The notes below the pieces were generated by a model that searched no databases, was not told where the DNA came from, and was given only the letters and a program-made list of their open reading frames with translations. Shown here piece by piece: positions 49,912 to 60,455 of a stretch of 64,000 bases of DNA. A program made the translations under genes and the position numbers. Numbering within the stretch: the first letter of the stretch is position 1; every line of letters starts with the position of its first letter. The stretch is from assembly GCA_963851265.1 (NCBI GenBank), contig CAWKNZ010000002.1, positions 768,001 to 832,000 on the forward strand, in the 5' to 3' direction. The stretch comes from an uncultured Gemmatimonadales bacterium. Its GTDB lineage: Bacteria; Gemmatimonadota; Gemmatimonadetes; Gemmatimonadales; Gemmatimonadaceae.

Positions 49912-50211
49912 ATGTCGGATCTCTACGAGCCGACGTGGCAGGCGGGCCTGGCGGATGAGGCGCGGCACTCCATCTCTGCGCGGCGCGGCACGCCGGACGA
50001 CGCGGACCCGGAAGACGAGGGCGCGCTCGACGAAATCGGCGAGGATCTCGACGATGAGTTCGACGACGTTGACGACCTCGAGGATGAGGACGACGAGGAC
50101 GACGACGACGAGGACGACGACGAGGACGACGACCTCGAGGACGAGGACGACGACCTCGACGAAGAAGACCTCGATGCCGACGAGGACAGTTACGACGAGG
50201 ACGAGGCGTAA
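49912..50211 (+). CDS. Extremely acidic small protein (99 aa)
   Basis: AAGGAG RBS; about 53 of the last 71 residues are D/E. Confidence 0.7.
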   Translation: MSDLYEPTWQAGLADEARHSISARRGTPDDADPEDEGALDEIGEDLDDEFDDVDDLEDEDDEDDDDEDDDEDDDLEDEDDDLDEEDLDADEDSYDEDEA

Positions 50212-50374
50212 GCTCGATAGCTGTACGCGACAGATGTAGGTGACGGCGGTAGGCGACGCCTGGCGTCCCCGTGTGGGCCGGGGGATCGCGCGGAACCCGC
50301 CGCATGCGATGGCGTATTAGAATCAGACGCGCTGGCCGTTGAACTGTGCCGATCCGTTCTCGGTTGGTCGCGCG

Positions 50375-50424
50375 AAAAAAAGTTCGGTCGGGCCACTTGC
50401 GCCGGCATTTCGAAACGGTATACT
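50375..50424 (+). promoter_or_regulatory. rRNA promoter (A-tract, -35 TTGCGC, 16-bp spacer, -10 TATACT)
   Basis: A7 tract at 50375; TTGCGC 50397-50402; TATACT 50419-50424; boxA-like TGTTTGACAA at 50481. Confidence 0.7.
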
Positions 50425-50642
50425 TGTCCTTCCCCGGCAGCGCAAACACAGCGCATGTCGAACGGGACGGAGCAAAACGTTGTTTGACAATCGAGAGATC
50501 GAGGTCGTGCGATGGCCCTCAATGATCCGGCGCGCTGGTTCGCGTCGGGGAGAGGTCAAGACCACGAAGAACATGATTCCGGACGCAATCTCATTTGCGT
50601 CTACGTGAATGGGATGGCGTTTGGGAATGAGCAGACATTCTC

Positions 50643-52174
<1,532 letters not shown>

Positions 52175-52262
52175 CCGGAGCGTCGAGTACGCTGCCCACC
52201 CGGGCAGACGAAAGACCTCAATTGGTAGTCGCGCCACGCACGACCTCCTCTCGATCGTCAAT

Positions 52263-52300
52263 CAGCCCCTGGACGCTTCATCGCGTCCAGGGGCTGTTTT
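52263..52300 (+). terminator. Intrinsic terminator after 16S
   Basis: cagcccctggacgc-ttcatc-gcgtccaggggctg-tttt. Confidence 0.85.
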
Positions 52301-52471
52301 GCGTTCGCGCGTTTCTCTCATCACTTCGCTGCGCATCGGCCGTCTACGCTGACCACGCGCGCCCGCGCGCCGAGTCTCCTGCGGCGTGAACTCGCTCCGT
52401 GCTCGCTGCGCGTCGTCTTCCACAGCGCAGTATGCATACAGTCCCGCGCGCAGGCTTGGCGCAGGCTCGAC

Positions 52472-55114
52472 TTAGACGCGCCGCGTCCCGCGCCGTGCGC
52501 CGCGCGGACGACGGGATGCGCGGCGCGGGACGACCGCGCGAGCTGCGACGCGAGGACCGCTGCGCCAACATTGCGCGACGTGGTCGCTCGAGACGGCGCA
52601 CGTCTGCGTCGCCCCGGCCGCGAGGGCGACGAAGCCGCGTCGCCCGAGCTGCACCGGCGCACGCCGCGGTCCGAGGCTCGTGCTGCCCCAGCACCAGACC
52701 TCACCACCGCGCGTCAACGCGCAACTCTGTGACGCGCCTGCCGCGACGGCCTGTATCGCGTCATGGCTCGGAATCACCGTCAGCCGGCCGGGTGCGCCGG
52801 AGGTCGCCCTCATGGTCCCGAGTTGCCCCGATTCGTCGCGCCCCCAGCACTGCGTTCGTCCGTCCATGAGGGCTGCGCATGTGTGCGCGTCTCCAGCGCT
52901 GATCTCCGTAGCGCGCACGCCCGGCACCTCCCGCGGCTCCGCGCTACCGTCGTCGCCAGCCGTCCCGAGTTGACCGTCGCGATTCGCGCCCCAGCACACG
53001 ACCCGCTGGTCGCTCAACACGGCGCAACTGTGGCGCGCGCCCGTCGTCACCGCGATCGCTGCCGCACCTTGCGGCAGGTGAACGACCGTCGGAAGCACCT
53101 GCGACACGCGCGTGCCGTCCCCGAGTTGCCCGACGCTGTTGTCTCCCCAACAGCGGACGACCCCCGCAATGTCGAGCGCGCAGGTATGGCCGATCCCGCC
53201 GTGCACCGATCGATACACGCCCGCGCCGCCCACGCGCACGGGCGCACCACGGGCGAACGTCGTCCCATCTCCGATCTGGCCGAGATCGTTCTTGCCCCAG
53301 CAGTACACGTCGCCGTAGCGCGTTACGCCGCAGGTGTGAGCCGCGCCGGCACCGATGCTCTCGTACGTCATCACGCCGGCAACCGTCCGCGGCGATACCG
53401 CGACGGCGACGGACGAGCCGTCGCCGAACTGAGCGTTGTCGTTCCGACCCCAACACTGGGCGGTTCCGGACGCCGTCAAGCTGCACACGTGTCGCGCCCC
53501 GACCCCGATCGCGTCCGAAGCACGTCGCAGGTCGGCCCCCGACCCCGATCGGACGGTCGTCGAATCCGGACGATTCTCACCCGCGTCGGTCGGTCGGACC
53601 GTCGGCGGCGCGACGCGCGCTGTCACACCTGGGCCGCGCAGGGCCGCACTGGGTACCGCAACCGGTGCCGCGACCCGCGAGAGCGGCGCGCGATCGGTCC
53701 CGTCGGAGTGGGCACGCGCGCTGAACGCGACCGCGCTCGTCGCAGCCACCACGGCCAGCGCGGCCGAGCCGGCCGCGAGCACGCGTGCTCGCCGACGCGG
53801 ACGCGCGGGCGGCGCCGGAACGCGCTGCTGTTCTCCGGACGACCAGGTCGGTGCGATCGAGTCGTAAGCGGGCCGCGTCCCGGACTCGGCGTCGGGCAGC
53901 GGCGTCGACGTCGAGTCATCCGCGACGATCGCGCCCTGCAACGCCACCGGCCCGGTCTCGGTCGCAACAATCGGTGCAGGGCGTCGATCCGGCTCTGGCG
54001 TCGACGTCGCCTGAGGTCCATGCGTGTCGTCGTCGCCGATCGCATCGGGGGTTCCCCCCGACGACGCGAAGCGCTCGGCCAATCGCTGCGTCTGCGCGAG
54101 CGCGGGCGAGAAGCGGACAGTCGCGGCGGCGGCCAGACTCGTCCTGGTCGGCGCTGACGCGCGTGAGGCTTCCTCGTGAACGCGCGCGGCTTCGAGGGCC
54201 GCCGCGTGTTGCGCGATCCGGCTCGGGAGTCCCGCCTGCCACTTCGCGTAATCGTTGGGCAGGATCCGTCGGTCGAGCTGCACGAGCAAGCCTTCGGCGC
54301 CGGCCCAGCGCGCGGCCGGCTGCTTCTGCAACATGCGTTCGACGATGTACTGCAGCGGGCGCGGAACGTCGGGGCGAAACGCCTCGATCGGCGGCAGCTG
54401 ATCGTGCTTCTGCTTGTATATGACGTGGTACAACGACTCGCCGTCCCATGGGCGGCGACCGGTCAGCATCTCCCACGCGACCAGGCCGAGGCTGTACAGG
54501 TCGGACCGGCCGTCGACCGGTCGGCCTTCGATCTGCTCGGGCGACATGTAGAACGGCGTACCGATGGCCGTTCCGGTCAGTGTCGACGAATCCGTGTCGG
54601 TCGAGCGCGCGATCCCGAAATCCGAGATCAGCGCGCGCCCGCTCGCGGCGTGCAGGAAGATGTTCTCCGGCTTGACGTCGCGGTGCACGACGCGCCGTAC
54701 GTGCGCATACGCGAGCGCCTCGGCGACGTCGCGGAGCACGTCCGTCGCGCGTCCCGGGTCCATCGGGCCGCCGCGCTGGATCGCCGTCTTCAACGTTTCG
54801 CCCGGCACGAGCTGGAGTACGAGCGTCAGCCCCCCGGCGCGGAGCCTGCGGACGGCGTGAACCGAGACGATGCCATGATGCTCGAGCTGCGCGACCATTC
54901 GGGCCTCGCGCGCGAGTCGCGCGACGGGGTCGTCGTCCGGCGACGTGGGACGAGGGTGGACGACCTTGATCGCGACGTCTCGACCGAGGGTGCGGTCGTG
55001 AGCGCGGTAGACGATCGCGCTGCCTCCGCGCCCAAGTTCCTCGAGGATGTCGTACTCGTCGGCGAGCTCCGCGAGCTCGACCGGCAGTCCAAACCGGGGC
55101 GTCATGCGCTGCAC
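52472..55114 (-). CDS. Hanks-type Ser/Thr kinase with TM helix and RCC1-like repeats
   Basis: LGRGG, VAIK, HRDVKPEN, DFG, GTPFYMSPE; repeated HxC...CWGxNxxGQLG; start may be 55105. Confidence 0.9.
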   Translation of the reverse strand: MQRMTPRFGLPVELAELADEYDILEELGRGGSAIVYRAHDRTLGRDVAIKVVHPRPTSPDDDPVARLAREARMVAQLEHHGIVSVHAVRRLRAGGLTLVLQLVPGETLKTAIQRGGPMDPGRATDVLRDVAEALAYAHVRRVVHRDVKPENIFLHAASGRALISDFGIARSTDTDSSTLTGTAIGTPFYMSPEQIEGRPVDGRSDLYSLGLVAWEMLTGRRPWDGESLYHVIYKQKHDQLPPIEAFRPDVPRPLQYIVERMLQKQPAARWAGAEGLLVQLDRRILPNDYAKWQAGLPSRIAQHAAALEAARVHEEASRASAPTRTSLAAAATVRFSPALAQTQRLAERFASSGGTPDAIGDDDTHGPQATSTPEPDRRPAPIVATETGPVALQGAIVADDSTSTPLPDAESGTRPAYDSIAPTWSSGEQQRVPAPPARPRRRARVLAAGSAALAVVAATSAVAFSARAHSDGTDRAPLSRVAAPVAVPSAALRGPGVTARVAPPTVRPTDAGENRPDSTTVRSGSGADLRRASDAIGVGARHVCSLTASGTAQCWGRNDNAQFGDGSSVAVAVSPRTVAGVMTYESIGAGAAHTCGVTRYGDVYCWGKNDLGQIGDGTTFARGAPVRVGGAGVYRSVHGGIGHTCALDIAGVVRCWGDNSVGQLGDGTRVSQVLPTVVHLPQGAAAIAVTTGARHSCAVLSDQRVVCWGANRDGQLGTAGDDGSAEPREVPGVRATEISAGDAHTCAALMDGRTQCWGRDESGQLGTMRATSGAPGRLTVIPSHDAIQAVAAGASQSCALTRGGEVWCWGSTSLGPRRAPVQLGRRGFVALAAGATQTCAVSSDHVAQCWRSGPRVAARAVVPRRASRRPRGARRGTRRV

Positions 55115-55145
55115 CCGGGACAGGCGCCCGCGCCCTGCACGTCGC

Positions 55146-55937
55146 CTACCGGTTGTGGAAGACGAACACGACCTCGCCCATCTCGATCCTGTCGCCGTCG
55201 ACCAGTAGCGGCACGACCTCGTCGGGCGCGAGACGGCGCCCGTTGTGCGTGACCGGGTTGGTTGCAGACAGGTTCTGGAGCGACCAGTGCTCGTCGAGGA
55301 GCGACATGAGGGCGTGACGCCGACTCACTGTCGGGACGAGCAGCTGCACATGCCGGTGCGGCGGCCCTTCGCTCCGGCCAAACGTCACGTCGGTATCGGG
55401 CGTGTTGGGGCTGCGGACGAACCGGATCTCGCGCCCGTTCTCGGGACCCACGACGACCTGCAAGCGACCGGGGAGGAACTGGAGTGTCCCCTCGTCCGGT
55501 AGGGCGAATCGCACCGTCTCACCGTCGGCGTAGCGCGCCGTCTGGAACGCCGACGGTTGCCGGCTCGTTCCATTGGTACGCTCCGGAACCCCCGCGTACG
55601 TCTCGACATGCGGCGGCGCGAAGGCCTGCGCCGGTGCGGCAACGACCGGGGTGGTTGGCCTTACGAACGCGGGTGCCGCGATCGGTGCGGCTGGTGCTGG
55701 TGCGCGCGGTGCGGGAGCCCGTTCCGGGCGTGGCATCCGCGTCGGCGCGCGCGGGCCGGGTTCACTCGCCCCGTCGGCCGTCGACGGGTCGAGGCCGAAG
55801 AGTGGCAAGCGCTCTTGAACGCGGGTGGAGCGACCCGCGTTGCGTCCGTGGCGCACGTGCTCGACGTAGAAGTATCCGCCGACGAGCACGGCTCCGCCGG
55901 CCAACACGATGCCGGCGACGACGGGTCCGTCAAGCAT
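55146..55937 (-). CDS. Membrane-anchored FHA-domain protein
   Basis: N-terminal TM, Pro-rich linker, FGR...VSRRHA...NLSATN...LVDGDRIEMG. Confidence 0.88.
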   Translation of the reverse strand: MLDGPVVAGIVLAGGAVLVGGYFYVEHVRHGRNAGRSTRVQERLPLFGLDPSTADGASEPGPRAPTRMPRPERAPAPRAPAPAAPIAAPAFVRPTTPVVAAPAQAFAPPHVETYAGVPERTNGTSRQPSAFQTARYADGETVRFALPDEGTLQFLPGRLQVVVGPENGREIRFVRSPNTPDTDVTFGRSEGPPHRHVQLLVPTVSRRHALMSLLDEHWSLQNLSATNPVTHNGRRLAPDEVVPLLVDGDRIEMGEVVFVFHNR

Positions 55938-56085
55938 ACGCCGAAGTCAGCGTACGGCGGAACAACGGTCGCGCGAGCCGCGGCCGAACGGGCACAGATC
56001 TCTCCGGGTCGAAGGTGAGGCACGCGCTGCCACGCGCGCCGGTGACCGCCGCGCTACGGCGCGTAGCGCGGCGGCGTCGTTCTGG

Positions 56086-56114
56086 TTGACGCTTATCCCC
56101 GCCGAAAGTATACT
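56086..56114 (+). promoter_or_regulatory. Sigma70-type promoter of tRNA-Ile
   Basis: TTGACG-17 bp-TATACT, 13 bp before the tRNA. Confidence 0.8.
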
Positions 56115-56127
56115 CCAAAATTCGTTC

Positions 56128-56201
<74 letters not shown>

Positions 56202-56230
56202 TTGTCGGACGCCGACGTCGACAGGTGAAC

Positions 56231-56275
56231 CGACCCGCGCCGCGGTCCCCCAGGACTCGTGGCGCGGGTCGTTTT
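56231..56275 (+). terminator. Terminator after tRNA-Ile
   Basis: cgacccgcgccgcg...cgtggcgcgggtcg-tttt. Confidence 0.75.
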
Positions 56276-56312
56276 GTGTGCCGCCGGTGCGACGTTTGCC
56301 CGGGAGCGCACC

Positions 56313-57461
56313 GTGCACGACACCTGGCCTTCGGCGCTGCAGCGCGCGCGCGCGCTCGTGCTAACGCACGGCTGGAACACGACGGCTTACCAGCTGCTCA
56401 ATCCGGGTTTCACTCTCTGGTTTTCGGCCCGCGGCGATGCGCTTGTCGGGTACGCGACGCACGCCCGCGTGCGCGTCGTCGGCGGCGCGCCGGTCTGCGC
56501 GCCCGCGCGGCTGGCCGAGGTCCTCGCGGAGTTCGAACAGGACGCGGCGACCGCTCGACACAGCGTGTGCTACTTCGGCGCGGAGGCGCGCCTCGAATCG
56601 CTGCTCCATGACAGCCCGCGGCACGCACGCGTGTGTCTCGGCGCACAGCCGGTCTGGCGTCCGGACGCGCTCGGCGCGACGATCCGCGCGCGGAGTTCAC
56701 TGCGCGCCCAGGTGAACCGCGCGCGTAACAAAGGGGTCACCGTCGTGGAGCGGCATGTCGCGGACGTGTCGGCCGACCCGTCGCTGCGTCGCGTGCTGCA
56801 CGAATGGCTCGCGCTGCGCGGCCTCCCGACGCTGCACTTCCTCGTCGAACCCGAAACGTTCGACCGACTCGGCGACCGGCGGGTTTTTGTCGCCGAACGG
56901 GCGGGGGCGGCGGTCGCATTTCTGGTCCTGACGCCGGTGCCGGCGCGGAACGGGTGGCTGACCGAACAGTTCGTTCGCGGGACCGGGGCGCCCAACGGCA
57001 CGATCGAATCGTTGCTCGCGACCGCGGCGGCGGCCGTCGCGGCCGAGCGAGCGGAGTACTTCACACTCGGACTTGCGCCACTTTCACGGCGCGGCGGCCC
57101 GCCCCCTGACGCCGGCGTGCCCCTGTGGCTCCGCCTGACTCTGCGGTGGGTGCGCGCACACGGCCGCCGCTTCTACGACTTCGACGGGCTCGACGCCTTC
57201 AAGGCGAAGTTCCAGCCGGAGCATTGGGAACCGATATACGCGATCGCGCGCGGGCGCGCGTTTCCGCCGCAAGCGTTGTACGCGATCGCCGGCGCGTTCG
57301 GCGGGCGCGCTCCCGCCGGGCTGATCGGCGCGGCGCTCGTACGCGGCGCGCGCACCGAGTATGGCCGGTGGCGTATCCGGCGCGAGCGCGCCGTGGAACG
57401 TGCGCGTTCGGCGCCCGCGTCGCCCCTCGCTGAGCGAGGGCGGAGCTCCGAGGCGCGCTAA
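56313..57461 (+). CDS. DUF2156 / MprF C-terminal-like aminoacyl-transferase domain protein (no flippase domain)
   Basis: VGGAPVC, LRAQVNRARNKGV, APNGTIESL, LGLAPL, FYDFDGLDAFKAKFQP..WEPIY; GGGAG RBS before GTG 56313. Confidence 0.82.
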   Translation: MHDTWPSALQRARALVLTHGWNTTAYQLLNPGFTLWFSARGDALVGYATHARVRVVGGAPVCAPARLAEVLAEFEQDAATARHSVCYFGAEARLESLLHDSPRHARVCLGAQPVWRPDALGATIRARSSLRAQVNRARNKGVTVVERHVADVSADPSLRRVLHEWLALRGLPTLHFLVEPETFDRLGDRRVFVAERAGAAVAFLVLTPVPARNGWLTEQFVRGTGAPNGTIESLLATAAAAVAAERAEYFTLGLAPLSRRGGPPPDAGVPLWLRLTLRWVRAHGRRFYDFDGLDAFKAKFQPEHWEPIYAIARGRAFPPQALYAIAGAFGGRAPAGLIGAALVRGARTEYGRWRIRRERAVERARSAPASPLAERGRSSEAR

Positions 57462-57517
57462 CTTCACGCCCGCCGGCCCGACCGTGGGTCGACCACGATC
57501 CAGCACCCGACCTCGCC

Positions 57518-58501
57518 ATGTCAGCCGAACTCGGCCCCGTTTCCAGCTTCCTCGCACACAACTTCCGGCACTTCAATGCCGGTGCCCTCGTCGACGCCGC
57601 ACGCGGCTACCGCACCCACGTCGAGCGCGGCGGGCGGATGCTCATGACGCTCGCCGGTGCGATGAGCACGGCGGAACTCGGCCTGACACTCGCCGAGATG
57701 ATCCGGCAGGACAAGGTGCACTTCATCAGCTGCACCGGAGCGAACCTCGAGGAGGATCTGTTCAACCTCGTCGCGCACGACTACTACGAGCGCGTGCCGA
57801 ACTACCGCGATCTCACGCCGGCGGACGAGCAGGCGCTACTCGACCGGCACATGAACCGCGTGACCGACACGTGCATCCCCGAGATGGAAGCGATGCGGCG
57901 GCTGGAAGGCGCCGTGCTCGCCGAGTGGCGCGCGGCCGATGCGGCCGGCGAGCGGTACTTTCCGCACGAGTTCATGTACCGCGTGATCCGCTCCGGCGCG
58001 CTGCGCGAGTTCTACCAGATCGACCCGAAGGACTCATGGATGGTGGCGGCCGCGGAGAAGAACCTTCCGATGGTCGTGCCTGGGTGGGAAGATTCCACGA
58101 TGGGCAACATGTACGCGGGCCACGTCATCACGGGCGATGTGAAGAACGTGCACACGGTCCGCAGCGGCATCGAGTACATGACAGAACTGGCGGCGTGGTA
58201 CACGCGCACGTCGACCGAGCACCAGATCGGGTTCTTCCAGATCGGCGGCGGCATCGCCGGCGACTTCCCGATCTGCGTCGTGCCGATGCTACACCAGGAT
58301 CTGCAGCGCGAGAACGTTCCGGTGTGGGGCTACTTCTGCCAGATCTCGGAAGCGGTGACGAGTTACGGCGGATACTCCGGCGCTCCGCCGAACGAGAAGA
58401 TCACGTGGGGGAAGCTGGCGGTCGACACGCCCAAGTTCGTGGTCGAGAGCGACGCGACGGTCTGCGCGCCGCTCATCTTCGCGGTGGTGCTCGGGCTCTG
58501 A
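57518..58501 (+). CDS. Deoxyhypusine-synthase-like protein
   Basis: TLAGAMST, SCTGANLEED, IGGGIAGDF, GGYSGAPPNEKITWGKL, ESDAT. Confidence 0.9.
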   Translation: MSAELGPVSSFLAHNFRHFNAGALVDAARGYRTHVERGGRMLMTLAGAMSTAELGLTLAEMIRQDKVHFISCTGANLEEDLFNLVAHDYYERVPNYRDLTPADEQALLDRHMNRVTDTCIPEMEAMRRLEGAVLAEWRAADAAGERYFPHEFMYRVIRSGALREFYQIDPKDSWMVAAAEKNLPMVVPGWEDSTMGNMYAGHVITGDVKNVHTVRSGIEYMTELAAWYTRTSTEHQIGFFQIGGGIAGDFPICVVPMLHQDLQRENVPVWGYFCQISEAVTSYGGYSGAPPNEKITWGKLAVDTPKFVVESDATVCAPLIFAVVLGL

Positions 58502-58541
58502 GGCGTCCGCCCCGTGGGCCGCCGTTAGGCGCGCGGGTGTC

Positions 58542-59507
58542 TCAGAACGCGCTCGCGGTGGGCGCGCGCCCTTGGGGGCGCTGCGTCGCGCCGCCCGGGG
58601 TGCCGGCGCTCTCCGCGGGGATCGGCACGCGCAGGTGCTGCCCGATGCGGATGCGGTCGTTGGGAAGCCGGTTCAACTGGCGGATCACGTCGGGCGTGGT
58701 GCGGTAGCTCCGCGCGATGGTGGTGACCGCCTCGCCGCTGTGGACGACGTGGACGCCGTACACCGGCGCGGGCGCGACGGGGGCGACGCGCGCCTGCTGC
58801 TCGCGCTCGCCCGCCGCCGTCCGCGCCACGAGCGCGCGCTCCACGACGCGCTCGATGTCGCGGGCGTGCACGCGTTCGCCGCGCGGCACGAGAAACGGCA
58901 CGTCCGAGGCCGGTGTGCGTACGACCACCCCGGGCGTGGTGCCGAGGAGCAGGCGACGAGCATCGGCGGTAAATGGGACGTCGTAGGGAAACGACTGGAC
59001 TCGGAGTTCGGCGGGGCCGTCGTCGCCACGGCGGAGCCACGAGCGCGGTGGGCCGCCGACGTACAGGAGGCGGTGATCGGTCGCCGCAAGCACGCCGAAC
59101 GACTCGCGGAGATTGTCGGCCCACAGCCGCTGTGAGACGTAGGCGCGGGCGAGCACGCGCTCTCCGGCGTCGAGTTCGCTCACGAGTTCCTGCTCCGCCG
59201 CCACGCGCGCCGTCCGCTGCGCACCGGGCGGGGAAAGTATCGTTGCCAGCCCGAGCACGGCGAACACGACGATCAGCAGCGTCCCGCCCGACAGACCGAT
59301 GAGGACGCTATGCAGGCGCGACCGTCGTCGAGGCAACAATCCGCGTTCAGGCAACGCGTCGCGAAGGGGCGGCGCGTCGATCGCCTCGCCGGGAGCATAG
59401 ACCTCCAACTCGGCCGTATGCCGTGGCGCGAGTAACGCCGCGCTCGCGAGTCCCACGGCATCGCCAGGCATCGCGTCGCCCGGCGGGGGAGTCGGGTCGT
59501 ACGTCAT
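58542..59507 (-). CDS. Membrane protein with C-terminal LysM domain
   Basis: TM segment; HVVHSGEAVTTIARSY...IRQLN...IRIGQHLRVP. Confidence 0.85.
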   Translation of the reverse strand: MTYDPTPPPGDAMPGDAVGLASAALLAPRHTAELEVYAPGEAIDAPPLRDALPERGLLPRRRSRLHSVLIGLSGGTLLIVVFAVLGLATILSPPGAQRTARVAAEQELVSELDAGERVLARAYVSQRLWADNLRESFGVLAATDHRLLYVGGPPRSWLRRGDDGPAELRVQSFPYDVPFTADARRLLLGTTPGVVVRTPASDVPFLVPRGERVHARDIERVVERALVARTAAGEREQQARVAPVAPAPVYGVHVVHSGEAVTTIARSYRTTPDVIRQLNRLPNDRIRIGQHLRVPIPAESAGTPGGATQRPQGRAPTASAF

Positions 59508-59677
59508 CGACTACGCGCGCGGTGGGGTCGACGCACGCGCCTCGAGCCGCACGAGCGCGCCACGCGGAACTTCGGCGTGTGTTCGGGGTCTGATACACGA
59601 TTACCCCGGGGTGCGCGCGGTGCGCCCTCGGCGTGTGCCGCGACTCTCAACGCTTGGATGAGCAAGGACCCGGACGG

Positions 59678-60334
59678 ATGACCCGAGAGACGACGTTGGA
59701 CCGCCTGCGCGACCCCTTTGCGCCCGAAGATATCGAATGGCGCGTGCAGCAGGCCGGCGAGAAGAATGGCAAACCGTGGGCACGCGTGCTCGCGTACGTC
59801 ACTAATCGTGCGATCCAGGAGCGACTCGACCACGTCGTCGGGCCCGAGAACTGGCAGAACTCGTTCCGTGAGGGTCCGGCCGGCGGCGTTGCATGCGGCA
59901 TCGCCATCCGCGTCGCGCGCCCGGATGGCACTGCCGACTGGGTGACGAAGTGGGATGGCGCGGAGAACAGCGACGTCGAAGCCGTCAAGGGCGGCTTTTC
60001 GAACGCGATGAAGCGCGCCGCGGTTCAGTGGGGCATCGGCCGGTACTTGTACGACCTCGACGAGGGCTGGGCGCGCGTCCACGACGGCGGCCGCTTCTCG
60101 GCGAAGTCCAAAGACGGCAGCTGGTTCAAGTGGGATCCGCCGGAGTTGCCGGCCTGGGCGACGCCTCAGCCGCGGCTCGCCAGCGCGGAGCAGGTCGAGA
60201 GTATCGAGGCGCTGCTCGGCCGTCTTGCGGACGAGCGTGTCGCCGCGAGCGTCCGACGCCGGCTCGCGGGTGGTCTCACCGAACAGGCCGCGCAGGACGC
60301 GGCGCGCTACCTCGAGTCGCGGCTCGCCGCGTAG
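59678..60334 (+). CDS. Rad52/Rad22-family single-strand annealing protein (DdrA/Sak-like)
   Basis: PFAPEDIEWR, AYVTNRAIQERLD, KGGFSNAMKRAAVQWGIGRYLY; AAGGA RBS. Confidence 0.88.
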   Translation: MTRETTLDRLRDPFAPEDIEWRVQQAGEKNGKPWARVLAYVTNRAIQERLDHVVGPENWQNSFREGPAGGVACGIAIRVARPDGTADWVTKWDGAENSDVEAVKGGFSNAMKRAAVQWGIGRYLYDLDEGWARVHDGGRFSAKSKDGSWFKWDPPELPAWATPQPRLASAEQVESIEALLGRLADERVAASVRRRLAGGLTEQAAQDAARYLESRLAA

Positions 60335-60455
60335 TTTCGCGCCAGGATCAACCCGGGTGAACGCCCGCGGCCGGTGACGGCCGCGGGCGTTCGCGCGTCG
60401 GGCCGACATGCTGAACACCTCTCGGATCTTGCGTCATCGCGCGCGATCGCGCGCG

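Noticed and set aside
50050..50210. gacgac/gaggac repeats as a possible CRISPR or satellite
   Set aside because: They are Asp/Glu codons; no repeat-spacer structure and no cas genes.
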